From: Gemmatimonadales bacterium
GTDB taxonomy: Bacteria; Gemmatimonadota; Gemmatimonadetes; Gemmatimonadales; GWC2-71-9
NCBI GenBank assembly: GCA_036274515.1
Contig: DASUFQ010000078.1
Location: 2,450-66,449 of the forward strand
Reading direction: 5' to 3'
Length of the DNA stretch: 64,000 bases
Both the position numbers and the translations under genes were made by a program. The notes beneath the pieces were generated by a model. It did not search any database, was not told the origin of the DNA, and worked only from the letters and a program-made list of their open reading frames with translations. Position 1 is the stretch's first letter. Each line of letters starts with the position of its first letter. Positions 45,679 through 56,400 of this stretch are shown one piece after another.

Positions 45679-46289
45679 CGCCGTTCCCAGAGCGGGCGCT
45701 CGCCGCCCAGTTCGGCCACCGAGATGGCGGCGCGCTCCCCGGTCCGCTCCTCGAAGCGGCGGACGAACTCCACCAGCGGCTCCGGCTCGAACGCCGAGCG
45801 CGACAGCCCGCTCACGCCGATGGCGGCCTCGATCGCCTCCGGCGTGCCCTCCACCTCGACCAGGATGTCCATGCGGGGATACCACTCCAGCCGCACCTCG
45901 GCGCCATGCACCCGATACACCTCCACGAATCGATCGACCGACTTCGACACCGCGTACCCGAGCGACGCCAGCAGCGATCCCGCCCCCTCACCGCCGCCGG
46001 CGATGAAGAACTCCACCTCGTCACGCAGCTTGTACCCTTCCGCGCTGCGGCGGGTCGGGCCCTTCCACGCCATCTGGGCGCGCGGCTCTCCCTTGTCGGG
46101 CCGCCAGCTCCGCACCCTGAGGACCTCGCCCCTGTCGCTGAGCTCCCCGTCGCGATCGAGCAGCCGGTCCTCCATCAGCCCGCGGAACGACTCCTCCGCC
46201 CCCGACTCGACCAGGTGCCGGCGGAGGAGCGCCGCGTCGGGCACCACCGCCTTGACCTCCAGCTCCTGGTTCGGGCCGGCGGCGCTCAC
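45675..46289 (-). CDS. CYTH-domain protein (class IV adenylate cyclase / triphosphate tunnel metalloenzyme family)
   Basis: N-terminal ELEVK (ExExK signature). 204 aa, the size and pattern of CyaB-like CYTH proteins. Confidence 0.75.
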   Translation of the reverse strand: MSAAGPNQELEVKAVVPDAALLRRHLVESGAEESFRGLMEDRLLDRDGELSDRGEVLRVRSWRPDKGEPRAQMAWKGPTRRSAEGYKLRDEVEFFIAGGGEGAGSLLASLGYAVSKSVDRFVEVYRVHGAEVRLEWYPRMDILVEVEGTPEAIEAAIGVSGLSRSAFEPEPLVEFVRRFEERTGERAAISVAELGGERPLWERR

Positions 46290-46984
46290 CCGAGGATCGC
46301 CTCGAGCACGGCGTCGGTGTCGGAAAGGTCGTCGAACGCCGCGTACGCCCCGGCATCGATCAGCGCCCCCGCCGGGTAACTGCCGGTGGCCACGGCCACC
46401 GCGCGGGCGCCGATCCCCTGGCCGCAGGTCACGTCGGCCGGCGTGTCGCCGACGATCACGACCGCCTTCCCCGTCGGCACCCGGCCGAAGATCGGCGCCG
46501 CCCGCTCGGCCGCGATGGCGGGGAGGTCGGCGCGGCGCGCCGAGTCGGAACCGTAGGCGCCGACCCGGAAGCGCGCGGGATCGAGCCCGCCGGAACGGAG
46601 CTTGAGCCCCGCCCCCTGCACCAGGTTGCCCGTGAGGAGGCCGAGGACCACGTCGCTCCGCGCCTCGAGCCGGTCGAGGAGGGGGGAAACGCCGGGGAGC
46701 AGCCGGGTGGCGCCGGGGAACCGGCCGAGTTCCTCCTCGAGGAGCCCGACGTAGCGTCGGCAGACGTCGGCGATGGTGTCGGGGTCACCGGCGGAGGCGT
46801 CGCCCGCCGACTCGAGGAGCTCGCGCACGATTTGTGGGTCGGTCTTGCCGTCGAAGGCGAGGGTGCGCCAGGCATCGCCGTCGCCCAGCCGGTCAGCGAG
46901 GGCGGCGGTGATGGCGCGGCGCCCCGCCCCGGTGGTGAGCAGCAGCGTGCCGTCGATGTCGAAGAGGACCAGGACCCGTGTCAT
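46286..46984 (-). CDS. HAD-superfamily hydrolase (phosphoglycolate-phosphatase-like)
   Basis: VLFDIDGTLL motif I, LLTGN (motif II), VGDTPADV (motif IV). Confidence 0.85.
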   Translation of the reverse strand: MTRVLVLFDIDGTLLLTTGAGRRAITAALADRLGDGDAWRTLAFDGKTDPQIVRELLESAGDASAGDPDTIADVCRRYVGLLEEELGRFPGATRLLPGVSPLLDRLEARSDVVLGLLTGNLVQGAGLKLRSGGLDPARFRVGAYGSDSARRADLPAIAAERAAPIFGRVPTGKAVVIVGDTPADVTCGQGIGARAVAVATGSYPAGALIDAGAYAAFDDLSDTDAVLEAILG

Positions 46985-47775
46985 CCCGAGGCGGCCGCCC
47001 CCGGAATGCGCCGCGCCGTCACGTATTGCGCGTGCAGCTGGGCCGCCCGGCTGCCGGGCGCCCACGACTCGGTGAGCACCCCGCCGCACGCCACCGTCGA
47101 ATGCACCAGCATGTTCCCCGCGCCGATGAACGCCACGTGGGAAATGCCCCGGCCGGTCTCGCTGAAGAAGACGAGGTCACCGGGGAGCACGTCCGCCAGC
47201 GCCACCTCCTGGCCCTCGCGCGCCTGCGCCGAGGAATCCCTCGGCAGCCGGACCCCGCGCGCGGCGAAGGTCGTCTGCACCAGGCCGGAGCAGTCCACGC
47301 CGGCGTCGGTCACCCCGCCCCACTCGTACCGCACCCCCGCGAAGGTCCGGGCCGCCCACTCCTCCGCCGGCAGCACCGCCGCGCTCCGGCGCGCCTCGGC
47401 CTCCGGCAGGATGTGCCCCTGCACCAGCGGCCCCGAGGTGCCATCGGGGAGCCGGACCCGGCCGTGCTCCAGCACCGCGCGGGCCCGCACCGGCAGCCGG
47501 CGGCGTCCCGATCCCGTGTCGACCTCGGCGCCGACCGACCAGCCGGTGGCCGCGGCGCGCCACTCTTCCGCCTCGGCGTCGCCGCACTCGATGGCGTACC
47601 CGCGGTGGAGCCATCCCTCGTACCCGTCGACCTGCCCGCGCACCCGGAGCCACATCCCCTCGGCCGCGAGCACCGCCGCCGACTCGCCCAGCACGAGCTG
47701 CGACACCTGTTCGCTCCTGAGCGAGGCCTCCGCGTGGAGCGGCGCCACGGCGGCCCGCGCGATGACCGCGCTCAC
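46981..47775 (-). CDS. NlpC/P60 (C40) cell-wall peptidase with N-terminal SH3-like region
   Basis: YEWGG....GVDCSGLV catalytic Cys motif and HVAFI His. Confidence 0.85.
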   Translation of the reverse strand: MSAVIARAAVAPLHAEASLRSEQVSQLVLGESAAVLAAEGMWLRVRGQVDGYEGWLHRGYAIECGDAEAEEWRAAATGWSVGAEVDTGSGRRRLPVRARAVLEHGRVRLPDGTSGPLVQGHILPEAEARRSAAVLPAEEWAARTFAGVRYEWGGVTDAGVDCSGLVQTTFAARGVRLPRDSSAQAREGQEVALADVLPGDLVFFSETGRGISHVAFIGAGNMLVHSTVACGGVLTESWAPGSRAAQLHAQYVTARRIPGAAASG

Positions 47776-47951
47776 GCCAGGTCAGCCGCTGGCCGCTTGG
47801 CCTGGCAGGCGGCGCACCGGTCGATGCCGCGGAAGAAGCAGATGAGGCAGATGAAGGTGCCGCACCCGGCGCAGGGGTAGCCTTCCGACGCCCGCTCCTC
47901 GCGGCCGCAGGCCCGGCATTCCATCGCGTCGTGTTCGTGGAGTTCGGCCAT
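47772..47951 (-). CDS. 59-aa miniprotein with four CxxC pairs (predicted double zinc site)
   Basis: GGAGG lies 6 nt upstream of the ATG. MAELHEHDAMECRACGREERASEGYPCAGCGTFICLICFFRGIDRCAACQAKRPAADLA. Its stop overlaps the GTG of the NlpC/P60 gene (GTGA). It is part of a longer shadow ORF in the track. Confidence 0.6.
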   Translation of the reverse strand: MAELHEHDAMECRACGREERASEGYPCAGCGTFICLICFFRGIDRCAACQAKRPAADLA

Positions 47952-47962
47952 GGCGCCTCCGC

Positions 47963-49309
47963 TCAGATGTCCAGGTTCCAGCGCTTGATCTTGTTGATCA
48001 GCGTGGCGCGCGAGATGCCGAGCTCCTGCGCCGACCGCGTCCGGTTGCCGCCGTGATGCCGCAGCGTCCGCTCGATGTGCTGCCGTTCCAGCTCCTCGAG
48101 GGCGAGCGGCGTGTGCCGGCGGTCGCCGGGGCCGGGGCGCGCGCGGAACTCCCCGGGGAGGTGCTCGACGCCGACCACCGGCTGGCCGCGGCCCAGGATC
48201 AGCGCCCGTTCCAGCACGTTGCGCATCTCGCGCACGTTGCCCGGCCACGCGTAGCCCAGCAGCCGCTCCAGCGACTCCGCGCCGATCTCGGGAGGGCCAT
48301 CGGCCAGCTCGGTGCGGAGGTCGTGGAAGATGCGGTTGATGAGCGCCAGCCGGTCGTCACGGGAGCGGTCGCGCACCGCCGGGAGCCGCACCGGCATGAC
48401 GCTGAGGCGGTAGTAGAGGTCCTCGCGGAACCGCCCCTCCTCGACCTCGACGGCAAGGTCCTTGTTGGTGGCCGCGACCAGCCGCACGTCCACCGTGATT
48501 TCCCGGGTGCCCCCCAGCCGCCGGAAGGTCTTCGTTTCCAGCACCTTCAGCAGCTTCGGCTGCAGCTCGAGCGCGAGGTCGCCGATCTCGTCGAGGAAGA
48601 TCGTGCCGCGGTCGGCGATCTCGAAGAGCCCCTGCTTCCGGTCCTTGGCGTCGGTGAACGCCCCCTTCTCGTGCCCGAACAGCTCGGAATCGAGGAAGGT
48701 GGGGCTGAGCCCGGCGCAGTTGACCTCGACGAACGGCAGCCGCGCGCGGGGGCCGAGGTTGTGGATCATCCGCGCCACCCACCCCTTGCCGCTGCCGCTC
48801 TCGCCGAGGAGGAGGACGGTGGTCCGCTCGCTCTGGGCCAGGAGGGAAATCTGGTGGGCGAAGGCCTTCATCGTCGGTGAGCCGCCCAGCGAGTCGAGCC
48901 CCCGGCCCGGCGCGCCGTGGTTGACCAGCGCCTCGTTGACCCGGCGGAGCCGCGCCTTGTCGGCCACGCGGGCCGCGGCCGCCGAGAGGTGCGTCATGTC
49001 GACCGGCTTGGAGAGGAAGTTCTCCGCGCCGAGCTGCATGGCGCGCACCGCGGTGGCGACGTCGGTGTTGCCGGTCAGGAGGATGACGCTCGCGTCGCGC
49101 TCGCGCAGCCGTTCCAGCACCTCGAGGCCGTCCATCCCGGGGAGGTGAAGGTCGAGCATCACCACCTCGGGGTGCAGGCGATCGTAGGTGGCGAGCCCCG
49201 CCTCGCCGCTGAGCTCCCGGGTGACCTCCCACCCCAGCTGCTCGAAATAGTTGCCGATCGCACGGAGGACATCCGTGTCGTCGTCGATCAGCAGGACGGA
49301 ACCGATCAT
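47963..49309 (-). CDS. sigma-54-dependent response regulator (NtrC family)
   Basis: Receiver (VLLIDDD...MLDLHLPG), GESGSGKG Walker A, GAFTDA loop, C-terminal HTH (RSAQELGISRATLINKIKR). Confidence 0.9.
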   Translation of the reverse strand: MIGSVLLIDDDTDVLRAIGNYFEQLGWEVTRELSGEAGLATYDRLHPEVVMLDLHLPGMDGLEVLERLRERDASVILLTGNTDVATAVRAMQLGAENFLSKPVDMTHLSAAAARVADKARLRRVNEALVNHGAPGRGLDSLGGSPTMKAFAHQISLLAQSERTTVLLLGESGSGKGWVARMIHNLGPRARLPFVEVNCAGLSPTFLDSELFGHEKGAFTDAKDRKQGLFEIADRGTIFLDEIGDLALELQPKLLKVLETKTFRRLGGTREITVDVRLVAATNKDLAVEVEEGRFREDLYYRLSVMPVRLPAVRDRSRDDRLALINRIFHDLRTELADGPPEIGAESLERLLGYAWPGNVREMRNVLERALILGRGQPVVGVEHLPGEFRARPGPGDRRHTPLALEELERQHIERTLRHHGGNRTRSAQELGISRATLINKIKRWNLDI

Positions 49310-49322
49310 CGTGTCACCTCGC

Positions 49323-52300
49323 TCAGCGGCCGGGGTGCCGCGGGAGTTCGAACCAGATGCGCGCCCCGCCCCCCGGGCGGTTCTCGGCGCGGATGTCGCC
49401 GCCGTGCGCGCGCACGATGCCATGCGAAATCGACAGCCCCAGGCCGGTGCCCTCGCCCACGGGCTTGGTCGTGAAGAACGGCTCGAAGATGCGCGCCATC
49501 ACCTCCGGCGGAATGCCGGGGCCGGCATCGGCCGCCTCGAAACGGATGGCCTCGCCCACCGCCTCGATCCGGACGGTGCCGCTGCCTCCGGCCCCCCGCA
49601 TGGCGTGCGCGCCGTTCGACAGGAGGTTCAGCACCACCTGCCGGAGCTGGTCCGGGTCGGCGTGTGCCGCGGGGAGGTCGGCGGGGCACTCCACCGTCCA
49701 CCGCCCGAGGCGCTCCCCGCCGGCCGCAAGGACCTCCCGGGTGAGCGCTCCGAGGTCGAGCGCCGTGCGGCGGAGCGGGCGCTGCCGCGCGAAGGTCAGG
49801 AGGTCGGTCACGATCTGCGCCGCCCGCGTCGCTTCGCCCCGGATGCTCTCCACCACCCGGCGGCTGCCCTCGTCGAGCGGCTCGTCGAGGATCAGCGCCT
49901 GCGCCAGGGCGCTGATGCCGGCGAGCGGGTTGTTGAGCTCGTGCGCCACGCCGCTCACCAGCCGCCCGAGCGCCGCCAGCTTCTCGGTGTGCCCGAGCTG
50001 CTCCCGGAGCCGCTGCTCGTCGGTCACGTCGCGCGCGATTGCGAGCACCAGCGGCGCGCCGGCCTCCTCCCCCGCCGCCGGCACCGCCACCACCGCCGCC
50101 TCGCGCACTGCCCCGTCCGGCCGGCGCAGGTGCATCACAAACTCCCGCGGTTCGCCGGTGCGCACCGTGCGCAGCTGCTTCTGAACGTACTCCACCTCGG
50201 CGGGGACGAGGAAGTCCGCCAGCCGCGAGGCGGTGTCGAAGCCCGCCAGCGCGCGCGCGGAGGGATTGACCGAGCGGAGCGCCCCCGCCTCGTCCAGCGT
50301 GAAGATGGCGACCGGAACCGTGTCGAACAATGCCCGGTACCGGGCCTCCGACCGCCGGAGGTTGTCGGTGGCCACCCACTCGCGGGTCACGTCGCGCATC
50401 AGCGCCACCGCGCCCCCCGCCCCTTCCGCCACGCCGAGCGGCGCCAGCGACACCGCCAGCAGCCGTTCCCCCCCGTCGGGCCGGACCACCTGCGACTCGA
50501 ACCGGCGCGATCCCCCCGCGCCGGTGGTGTCCCCCGGCAGCAGTTCCGCCAGCGTGCGCCGGGTGAGCCCCTCGGCAGGGGTCCCGAAGAGATCCACCGC
50601 CGCCGCGTTCGCGTAGACCACCTGTCCCTGTTCGTCGGCCAGGACGATGGCGTCGTGCGCCGCCTCCACCACCAGCCGGAACCGCTGCTCGAGCCGGACC
50701 ACCTGGCTCACGTCGTCCACCGCCACCACATGGCCCCCCTCGGGGAGGGGCGTGGCCGTCACCACGAGCGACCGCCCGTCGAGCGACTCGATCAGGTCGG
50801 TCACGCCGGTGCCCGAACCGGCAGACAGGGTGAGCGGATCCTCGCGCGCGTCCCCCGCGTCCACGAAGACGGCGCGCAGCTGCCTCCCGACGATCTCCGT
50901 CACCGCCACCCCGGCCAGGTCGGCGATGAACCGGTTGGCCCGGACGATCAGGCCGTCGGCGTCCACGATGGCGAGCCCGGTCCCGGCGCCGTCGAACGCC
51001 GTCTGCCACTCGCGCCGGCTCCGGCTGACCTGGTCGAAGAGCCTGCTCTTGCCGATGGCGAGCGCCGCCTGGTCGGCAAAGGCCACGGCGAGCCGGCGTT
51101 CCTCGGACGAGTACTCCCGGGGCCGGTCGTGGAAGAAGGTCAGGACGCCGATCGTCTCGTTCGCGAAGACCAGCGGCAGGAAGGCGGCGGAGGCGTATCC
51201 CTCCGCCTTGGCGGCCGCCGCCATGGGCGACGACACATCCCGCCGGGCGTGCTCCGTGAAGACCGCCTCTCCCCGCAGGAGCGCCGGCGCCATCGGCAGC
51301 GCGTGAAACTGCCGCTCGAACGCCGCCGCGTACTCGGCGGACAGCCCGAGCCGGGCCAGGCACGACGCCGACGACTCGGCGCGCTGGAGCAGGAAGACCG
51401 CGCTCCGCTGGGCGCCGAAGACCCGCATCCCTTCCTCCGCCAGGAAGTGCGTGGTCCGGTCGGCGTCCTCGACCCCGGTGAGCGCATGCGCCACCCGGCC
51501 GAGGGCGTCGATCTGGTCGAGCCGGGTGAGCAGTTCGCCGCGGAGCCGGAGCCCGCTGATGGCCGCCGCCACCTGGTCCGCCACCGCCTGCAGCAGCTGC
51601 ATCGTGTCGGGACCGGGGGGCAGCCAGTCGGCGTCCGGGCCGGACACGGTCAGGACGCCGGTGAGGATCGAGCCGAACCGCATCGGCAGCATGGCGCCGG
51701 GGCGGTGCGGGCGGGGGCGCCGCGGGTCGGGAGCGGCCTCGGGCTCGCGTTCGAGGTCGGCGCTCGACCTCGCGGCGCCGCTCCGCGCCACGGCCATCTG
51801 CGGATCGCGCTCCCCCAGCACATCGCCGATCCGGTAGAGCCGGGCCTCGCTCCCCACCGAGCCCAGCACCACGAGCCCGGGCATCTGCTCGCCGGGCCGC
51901 CCGGCGATCATCGCGCCGGTGGCCTGGCCCACCGCCAGCGCCGCCTCGAGCCCGCGCTCGACGGTGGCGTCGAGGGTGCCGAGCGTCGAGAGATCGTGCG
52001 CCAGGGCGCGGAGCGCCTCGCTGCCGGCCAGCGCCGCCTCGGCCGCGACGGCGATGCGCGCGGCCTCGATGGCGATGGCGGCGTGCGCCGCGATGGCGGC
52101 GACCACCCGGACCGCCCCCTCGTCGTACGCCTCGGGCCGGTAGGATTGTGCCGAGAGCACGCCGATGAGGCGGTCGCCCAGCAGCATCGGCGCGTGGACC
52201 GCCGACTGGCTCAGCTCGCCGGTGCCGAAGACCGCGCCCCGCGTCGCCTGGACCGCCTCGGGGTGGTCGAGGGTAAGCACGCGGCGGTTCCGCACCACCC

Positions 52301-52556
52301 AGCTGGTGGGGCCCCGGCCGAGCGGCGCCTCGGACGACGCGATCCGCTCGCCGCGGTCGGTGTGGGCCACGAAGCGGAGCCGCTCGGTGGCGGGGTCCCA
52401 GAGCGCCACGTAGAAGGCGTCGCACTCCACCAGGCGGGCGACCTGTGCGTGCAGCACGTCGTAGAGCGCCGCGGGCTCGAGCAGCCGCGCAGTGGCCTCG
52501 GCGATGGCCGCCAGCACCTCGGTGGGGAGGGCGCCCCCGGGCTCCGCGCGGTTCAC
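49323..52556 (-). CDS. multi-sensor histidine kinase (several GAF and PAS domains + HisKA + HATPase_c)
   Basis: About 1077 aa with repeated GAF-like and PAS-like blocks. H-box GVAHELNNPL and G-boxes DAGPGI, GTGLGLS. GTG start in a GTGA overlap with the lipid-kinase stop. Confidence 0.9.
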   Translation of the reverse strand: MNRAEPGGALPTEVLAAIAEATARLLEPAALYDVLHAQVARLVECDAFYVALWDPATERLRFVAHTDRGERIASSEAPLGRGPTSWVVRNRRVLTLDHPEAVQATRGAVFGTGELSQSAVHAPMLLGDRLIGVLSAQSYRPEAYDEGAVRVVAAIAAHAAIAIEAARIAVAAEAALAGSEALRALAHDLSTLGTLDATVERGLEAALAVGQATGAMIAGRPGEQMPGLVVLGSVGSEARLYRIGDVLGERDPQMAVARSGAARSSADLEREPEAAPDPRRPRPHRPGAMLPMRFGSILTGVLTVSGPDADWLPPGPDTMQLLQAVADQVAAAISGLRLRGELLTRLDQIDALGRVAHALTGVEDADRTTHFLAEEGMRVFGAQRSAVFLLQRAESSASCLARLGLSAEYAAAFERQFHALPMAPALLRGEAVFTEHARRDVSSPMAAAAKAEGYASAAFLPLVFANETIGVLTFFHDRPREYSSEERRLAVAFADQAALAIGKSRLFDQVSRSRREWQTAFDGAGTGLAIVDADGLIVRANRFIADLAGVAVTEIVGRQLRAVFVDAGDAREDPLTLSAGSGTGVTDLIESLDGRSLVVTATPLPEGGHVVAVDDVSQVVRLEQRFRLVVEAAHDAIVLADEQGQVVYANAAAVDLFGTPAEGLTRRTLAELLPGDTTGAGGSRRFESQVVRPDGGERLLAVSLAPLGVAEGAGGAVALMRDVTREWVATDNLRRSEARYRALFDTVPVAIFTLDEAGALRSVNPSARALAGFDTASRLADFLVPAEVEYVQKQLRTVRTGEPREFVMHLRRPDGAVREAAVVAVPAAGEEAGAPLVLAIARDVTDEQRLREQLGHTEKLAALGRLVSGVAHELNNPLAGISALAQALILDEPLDEGSRRVVESIRGEATRAAQIVTDLLTFARQRPLRRTALDLGALTREVLAAGGERLGRWTVECPADLPAAHADPDQLRQVVLNLLSNGAHAMRGAGGSGTVRIEAVGEAIRFEAADAGPGIPPEVMARIFEPFFTTKPVGEGTGLGLSISHGIVRAHGGDIRAENRPGGGARIWFELPRHPGR

Positions 52557-53449
52557 GGCGACTCGGGCACCATGACGCGGATGGCCCCGGGCACCACGGT
52601 GGCGGTGAAGGGGGTGCTGCCGCCGAGGTCGCCGTCCATTTCCACCCGCGCGGGCGATTCGCACTCGACGTGGATCTCGCTGCCGCGGACGTGCCCGATC
52701 CGGGAGCCGGGGCCGTCGGCGCCACGGAGGAAGTGCCAGATGGCGTGCAGCCCCTCTGCCACGCCGTCGGCCCGCAGCACCAGCACGTCGAGCAGGCCGT
52801 CGTCAGGGCGAACGCCGTCGCCAAACCGGAGGAGCGGCGGCATGATCTCGGCGCAGTTGGCCACGAGGAGCATCGCGGCGTTGGCCTCGTATTCCACGCC
52901 GTCCACCCGGACGTGGTAGCGCAGGCTGCGCACCTCGCGGATGAGCCGGAGCGAGGTGGCGACGTACGCCCCCATCCCCCAGCGCTGCTTCAGGGTGGCG
53001 GGCGTCTCGGCCATGATCTGCGCGTCGAAGCCGGCGCCGCACGCCACGGCGAAGTAGTGGTGCTCGCCCGACGCGTCGAGGCGGCCGAGATCGAGGCGGC
53101 GCGAATGGCCCTTCACCAGCACCTCGGCGGCCCGCAGCGGCGAGAAGGGAATCCGCAGGTTGCCGGCCAGCAGGTTGCCGGTCCCGCCGGGGAGGAGGCC
53201 CAGCGCCACGTCGGTGCCGACCAGCGATGACGCGGCCTGCATCGTGGTTCCGTCGCCCCCGAAGACGGCGACGAGGTCCACCTGCGCCTCGGCGCCCTCG
53301 GTGGCCAGGCGGCGCGCATCCCCCGGGCCCCCGGTGGCCACGATCTCGACCTGCCAGCCGCCCCGGCGCAGGACGTCGCGCACGTCGGACACCGTCTTCG
53401 GCTTGGTGCGCGCCGCCGCGGGGTTGGTGATGACCAGGGCTCGTGGCAC
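52553..53449 (-). CDS. diacylglycerol-kinase-family lipid kinase (YegS/BmrU-like)
   Basis: ALVITNP..., VFGGDGT, LPGGTGN motifs. The GTG start lies 1 nt after the TamB stop. Confidence 0.85.
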   Translation of the reverse strand: MPRALVITNPAAARTKPKTVSDVRDVLRRGGWQVEIVATGGPGDARRLATEGAEAQVDLVAVFGGDGTTMQAASSLVGTDVALGLLPGGTGNLLAGNLRIPFSPLRAAEVLVKGHSRRLDLGRLDASGEHHYFAVACGAGFDAQIMAETPATLKQRWGMGAYVATSLRLIREVRSLRYHVRVDGVEYEANAAMLLVANCAEIMPPLLRFGDGVRPDDGLLDVLVLRADGVAEGLHAIWHFLRGADGPGSRIGHVRGSEIHVECESPARVEMDGDLGGSTPFTATVVPGAIRVMVPESP

Positions 53450-53450
53450 G

Positions 53451-56400
53451 CTAGAACTCCTGCTCCCAGAGGACGTCGAGGCCCGCCTGGTACCGGTCGT
53501 TGGTCGTGATCGGGGCGGTCTGCTGGTCGGCGGTGCACGAGGCCGAGGGCTCGAAACTGGCGAGGAAGCGGAACCCGCGCGCAAACCGGTACTCGAAGCT
53601 CGCGCCGATGTTCTTGTAGCTGGTGGCGCCGCCGGTTGTGCAGATGCCGGCGCTGAAGGTCAGGAAGGTCTTCCGGCCGACCTGCCACCCGGCCGCGAGC
53701 TGGGTGGCGGTGGACGAACCATAGGCGCCGCCGGCGGTGCCGGGCCGGAGTTCAATGTAGTCCACCGGCACCCGGAGGTCGGTGATCAGCGTGCGCTGGA
53801 GCTCGCTCGACACCGCGCCCGAGAGGTACGCCAGCCCGAGGTTGAGCGCCTGCTGCTGGTCGCCCGCCCCGCCGCCGGTCGTCTGGAGGTTCGAGGCCGG
53901 CCGCCGGAACATCAGGTACGACACCAGGGTGGTCTCGGAAATCGGCGGCAGGATCGTGGAGCTCAGCTGCAGCTCCGGCTCCAGCATGGTGCCGGTGATC
54001 TTGGCGATGACCGGGACATCCTGGCTCCCGTCGAGCGGACGGACGGTGTGCTCGGCCTCGATGTCGAGGTCGGCGTTCAGGTCGGGGGTCCCGAGGAACC
54101 GGACCTGGCCCTTGGTCACCTTGAAGTCGCGCCGCACCGGGCCGATGGCCAGGGTGTAGTTGCCGCGCAGGGCGTCGAGCCGGCCGTCCACCCGGTAGTC
54201 GCGGCGCAGCTTGTCCACCCGGACCTGGCCGCCGAGCTGGATGTTCGCCTCGTTGGAGCGGAGCCAGAAGGCGTCGCCCACCCGCACCGTCAGGTTGTCC
54301 ACCCGCAGCGAGTCGAGGAACCGGCTGCGGGTGCTGTACCCCCGCTGCAGCAGCCGCTGGAAGCGCTGGTCGAGGAGGTCCCGGAACTCCGGGTCGTCGA
54401 GGTCCACCACGTCCTTCGTCACCAGGTCGGCAAAGTACAGCGCGCCGCGGTTGGCGGTCATGGTGCCGGTCAGGGCGGGGCGGTCGAACGACCCCGTGAG
54501 CCGCATCCGGCCGCTGACGTCGAGGGTGAGGAAGTTGCGGATGTCGCTGGCCAGGAAGTCGGTGGCCACCAGCCGGAGGTTGAGCTCGGGGTTGGTCAGC
54601 GGCGTGAAGCGGACGCTCCCCGAGGCGTGCAGGGTTCCGTCGCTGGGGGCGCTCCGGAGCGCGAGCGAGTCCAAGGCCAGCGAGTCGTCCATGAAGCGGG
54701 CATGGCCATTGATGCTCGAATAGCGGATGCCGAGGGCCGGCACGGTGGCCGAGCCGCCGTGGATGTCGAGGAAGCCGGCCAGGCGCGGCGCCTCCCACGT
54801 CCCCTCGACCCGCACGTCGGCCGACAGGGTTCCCGACACCCGCCGCACCCGGGTGGTGAACGCCTCCAGCGTGCCGAGGTCGAGGCTGTCCGCCAGCGCG
54901 CGGATCGCCAGCGGGCCGTCCACCTGGCGGTTGGGCACGCCGGTGAGCGCCAGGTCGACCGGGAGCGCCACCTCGATGCCGAAGATCCGCTGTCCCGTCT
55001 TCCAGATGGAGAGGTTGCCCTCGAGCAGTCGCGACTCGTAGTGCAGGATCCCCTGGATGAACGGGGCGCGGAAATCGCCGAAGACGGCGTCACCGAGGGA
55101 GGCGGTGCCCTGGATGAGCGGCGCCTGCCGCGTGCCGGAGATCTCGAGGTCGGCCCCGATCGAGCCGGAGAGGCCGGCCGTGTCGCCGCGGAACATCCCC
55201 GAGACGTCGCGGAGGCTCAGGCCGTAGAGGTCGACATTGACCCGGCCCGGCGCGTCGCCAGGCAGGATCCCGGAGATGTTCACCGCCCCCGAGCCGTCCA
55301 CCGAGGCGAGCCGGAGCGGGGAGAGCACCATGCCGGAGTCGGTCCGCTCCGCCACCGCCGGGGCGCGGAGCCGCCACGGCCGGGCGCTCGAGCCGACGGA
55401 GAGCGAATCGATCGCGAACGACCGGGTCTCGCCTTCACTCGCGTAGCGGCCGGTGGCGGCGAAGAACCCCCCTTCCCCCGCCTCGAACGAGCCGGTCCAT
55501 TGGAGGGAGTCCACCCACCCCACCACGCCCGCGCGGACGTCGGTCGTCACCAGCGAGCCGCTCGCCACCGTATCGGCCAGCGTCTCGACGCTCAGGTGCG
55601 GACGGTCCCCGCCCACCCAGCCGAAGGTGGCGGAGAGGTGGTGCATCCGGGCCCCGCGGAAGGCGACCTGGCTGGCGGTGGCGAAGCCGGACGCGACCAG
55701 CGAATCGAGGGATCCGGCGAGCGAAAAGTCCAGCCGGCCGAAGCCCTCGAGCGCCCCCGTGGTGTCGGGCTCGAGCTCGAGCCGGGCAACCACCAGCGAG
55801 TCGAAGGCGCCGAGGCTGTCGAGCCGCGCGGTGAGTTCCATCTGCCCCTCGTGCGGGGCCGCCCAGCCGAGGGTGCCTGCCCCGCTCAGCGAACCGGCGT
55901 GCCACGCCACCTCGAGGGTGTCCACGATGAGCACGCTGTCCCGGACGCCGAGCCGCGCGGTGGCGGTGTCGATCCGGAAGGCGTCGAAGCGTCCGGGTCC
56001 GAGCGCGCCGGCGATGGTCCCTTCCGGGGCGCGAAGGGTGTCGATCGAGCCGACGACCAGGACGCGGCCCGCCAGGTCGGACGTCGGACCCTCGCCGCGC
56101 AGGGAGTGGAGGTCGAGCCGTCGGAACTCGATGTCGAGGGAATCGCCCCCCCAGTGCGGCGCGCTGAGGGTGGCGGGGCCGTGGGCGCGGATCGCGCCGA
56201 CCTGCCCGCTGACGTCGGCATCGAGGTCGAGGCGCTCGAGGGTGCCCGCCATCCGCACCTGCCCGCGCAGCGCGCCGAGCGCCGTGAGGGTGGGGTACCC
56301 GGCGCGGATCCCCTCGAAGGAGAGCGAGTCGAGGGTCAGGTCGCCGTCGAAGGCGGTGAGCGGGGTGCGGGTGTCGAGGCGGATCCACCCGGACAGCGCG

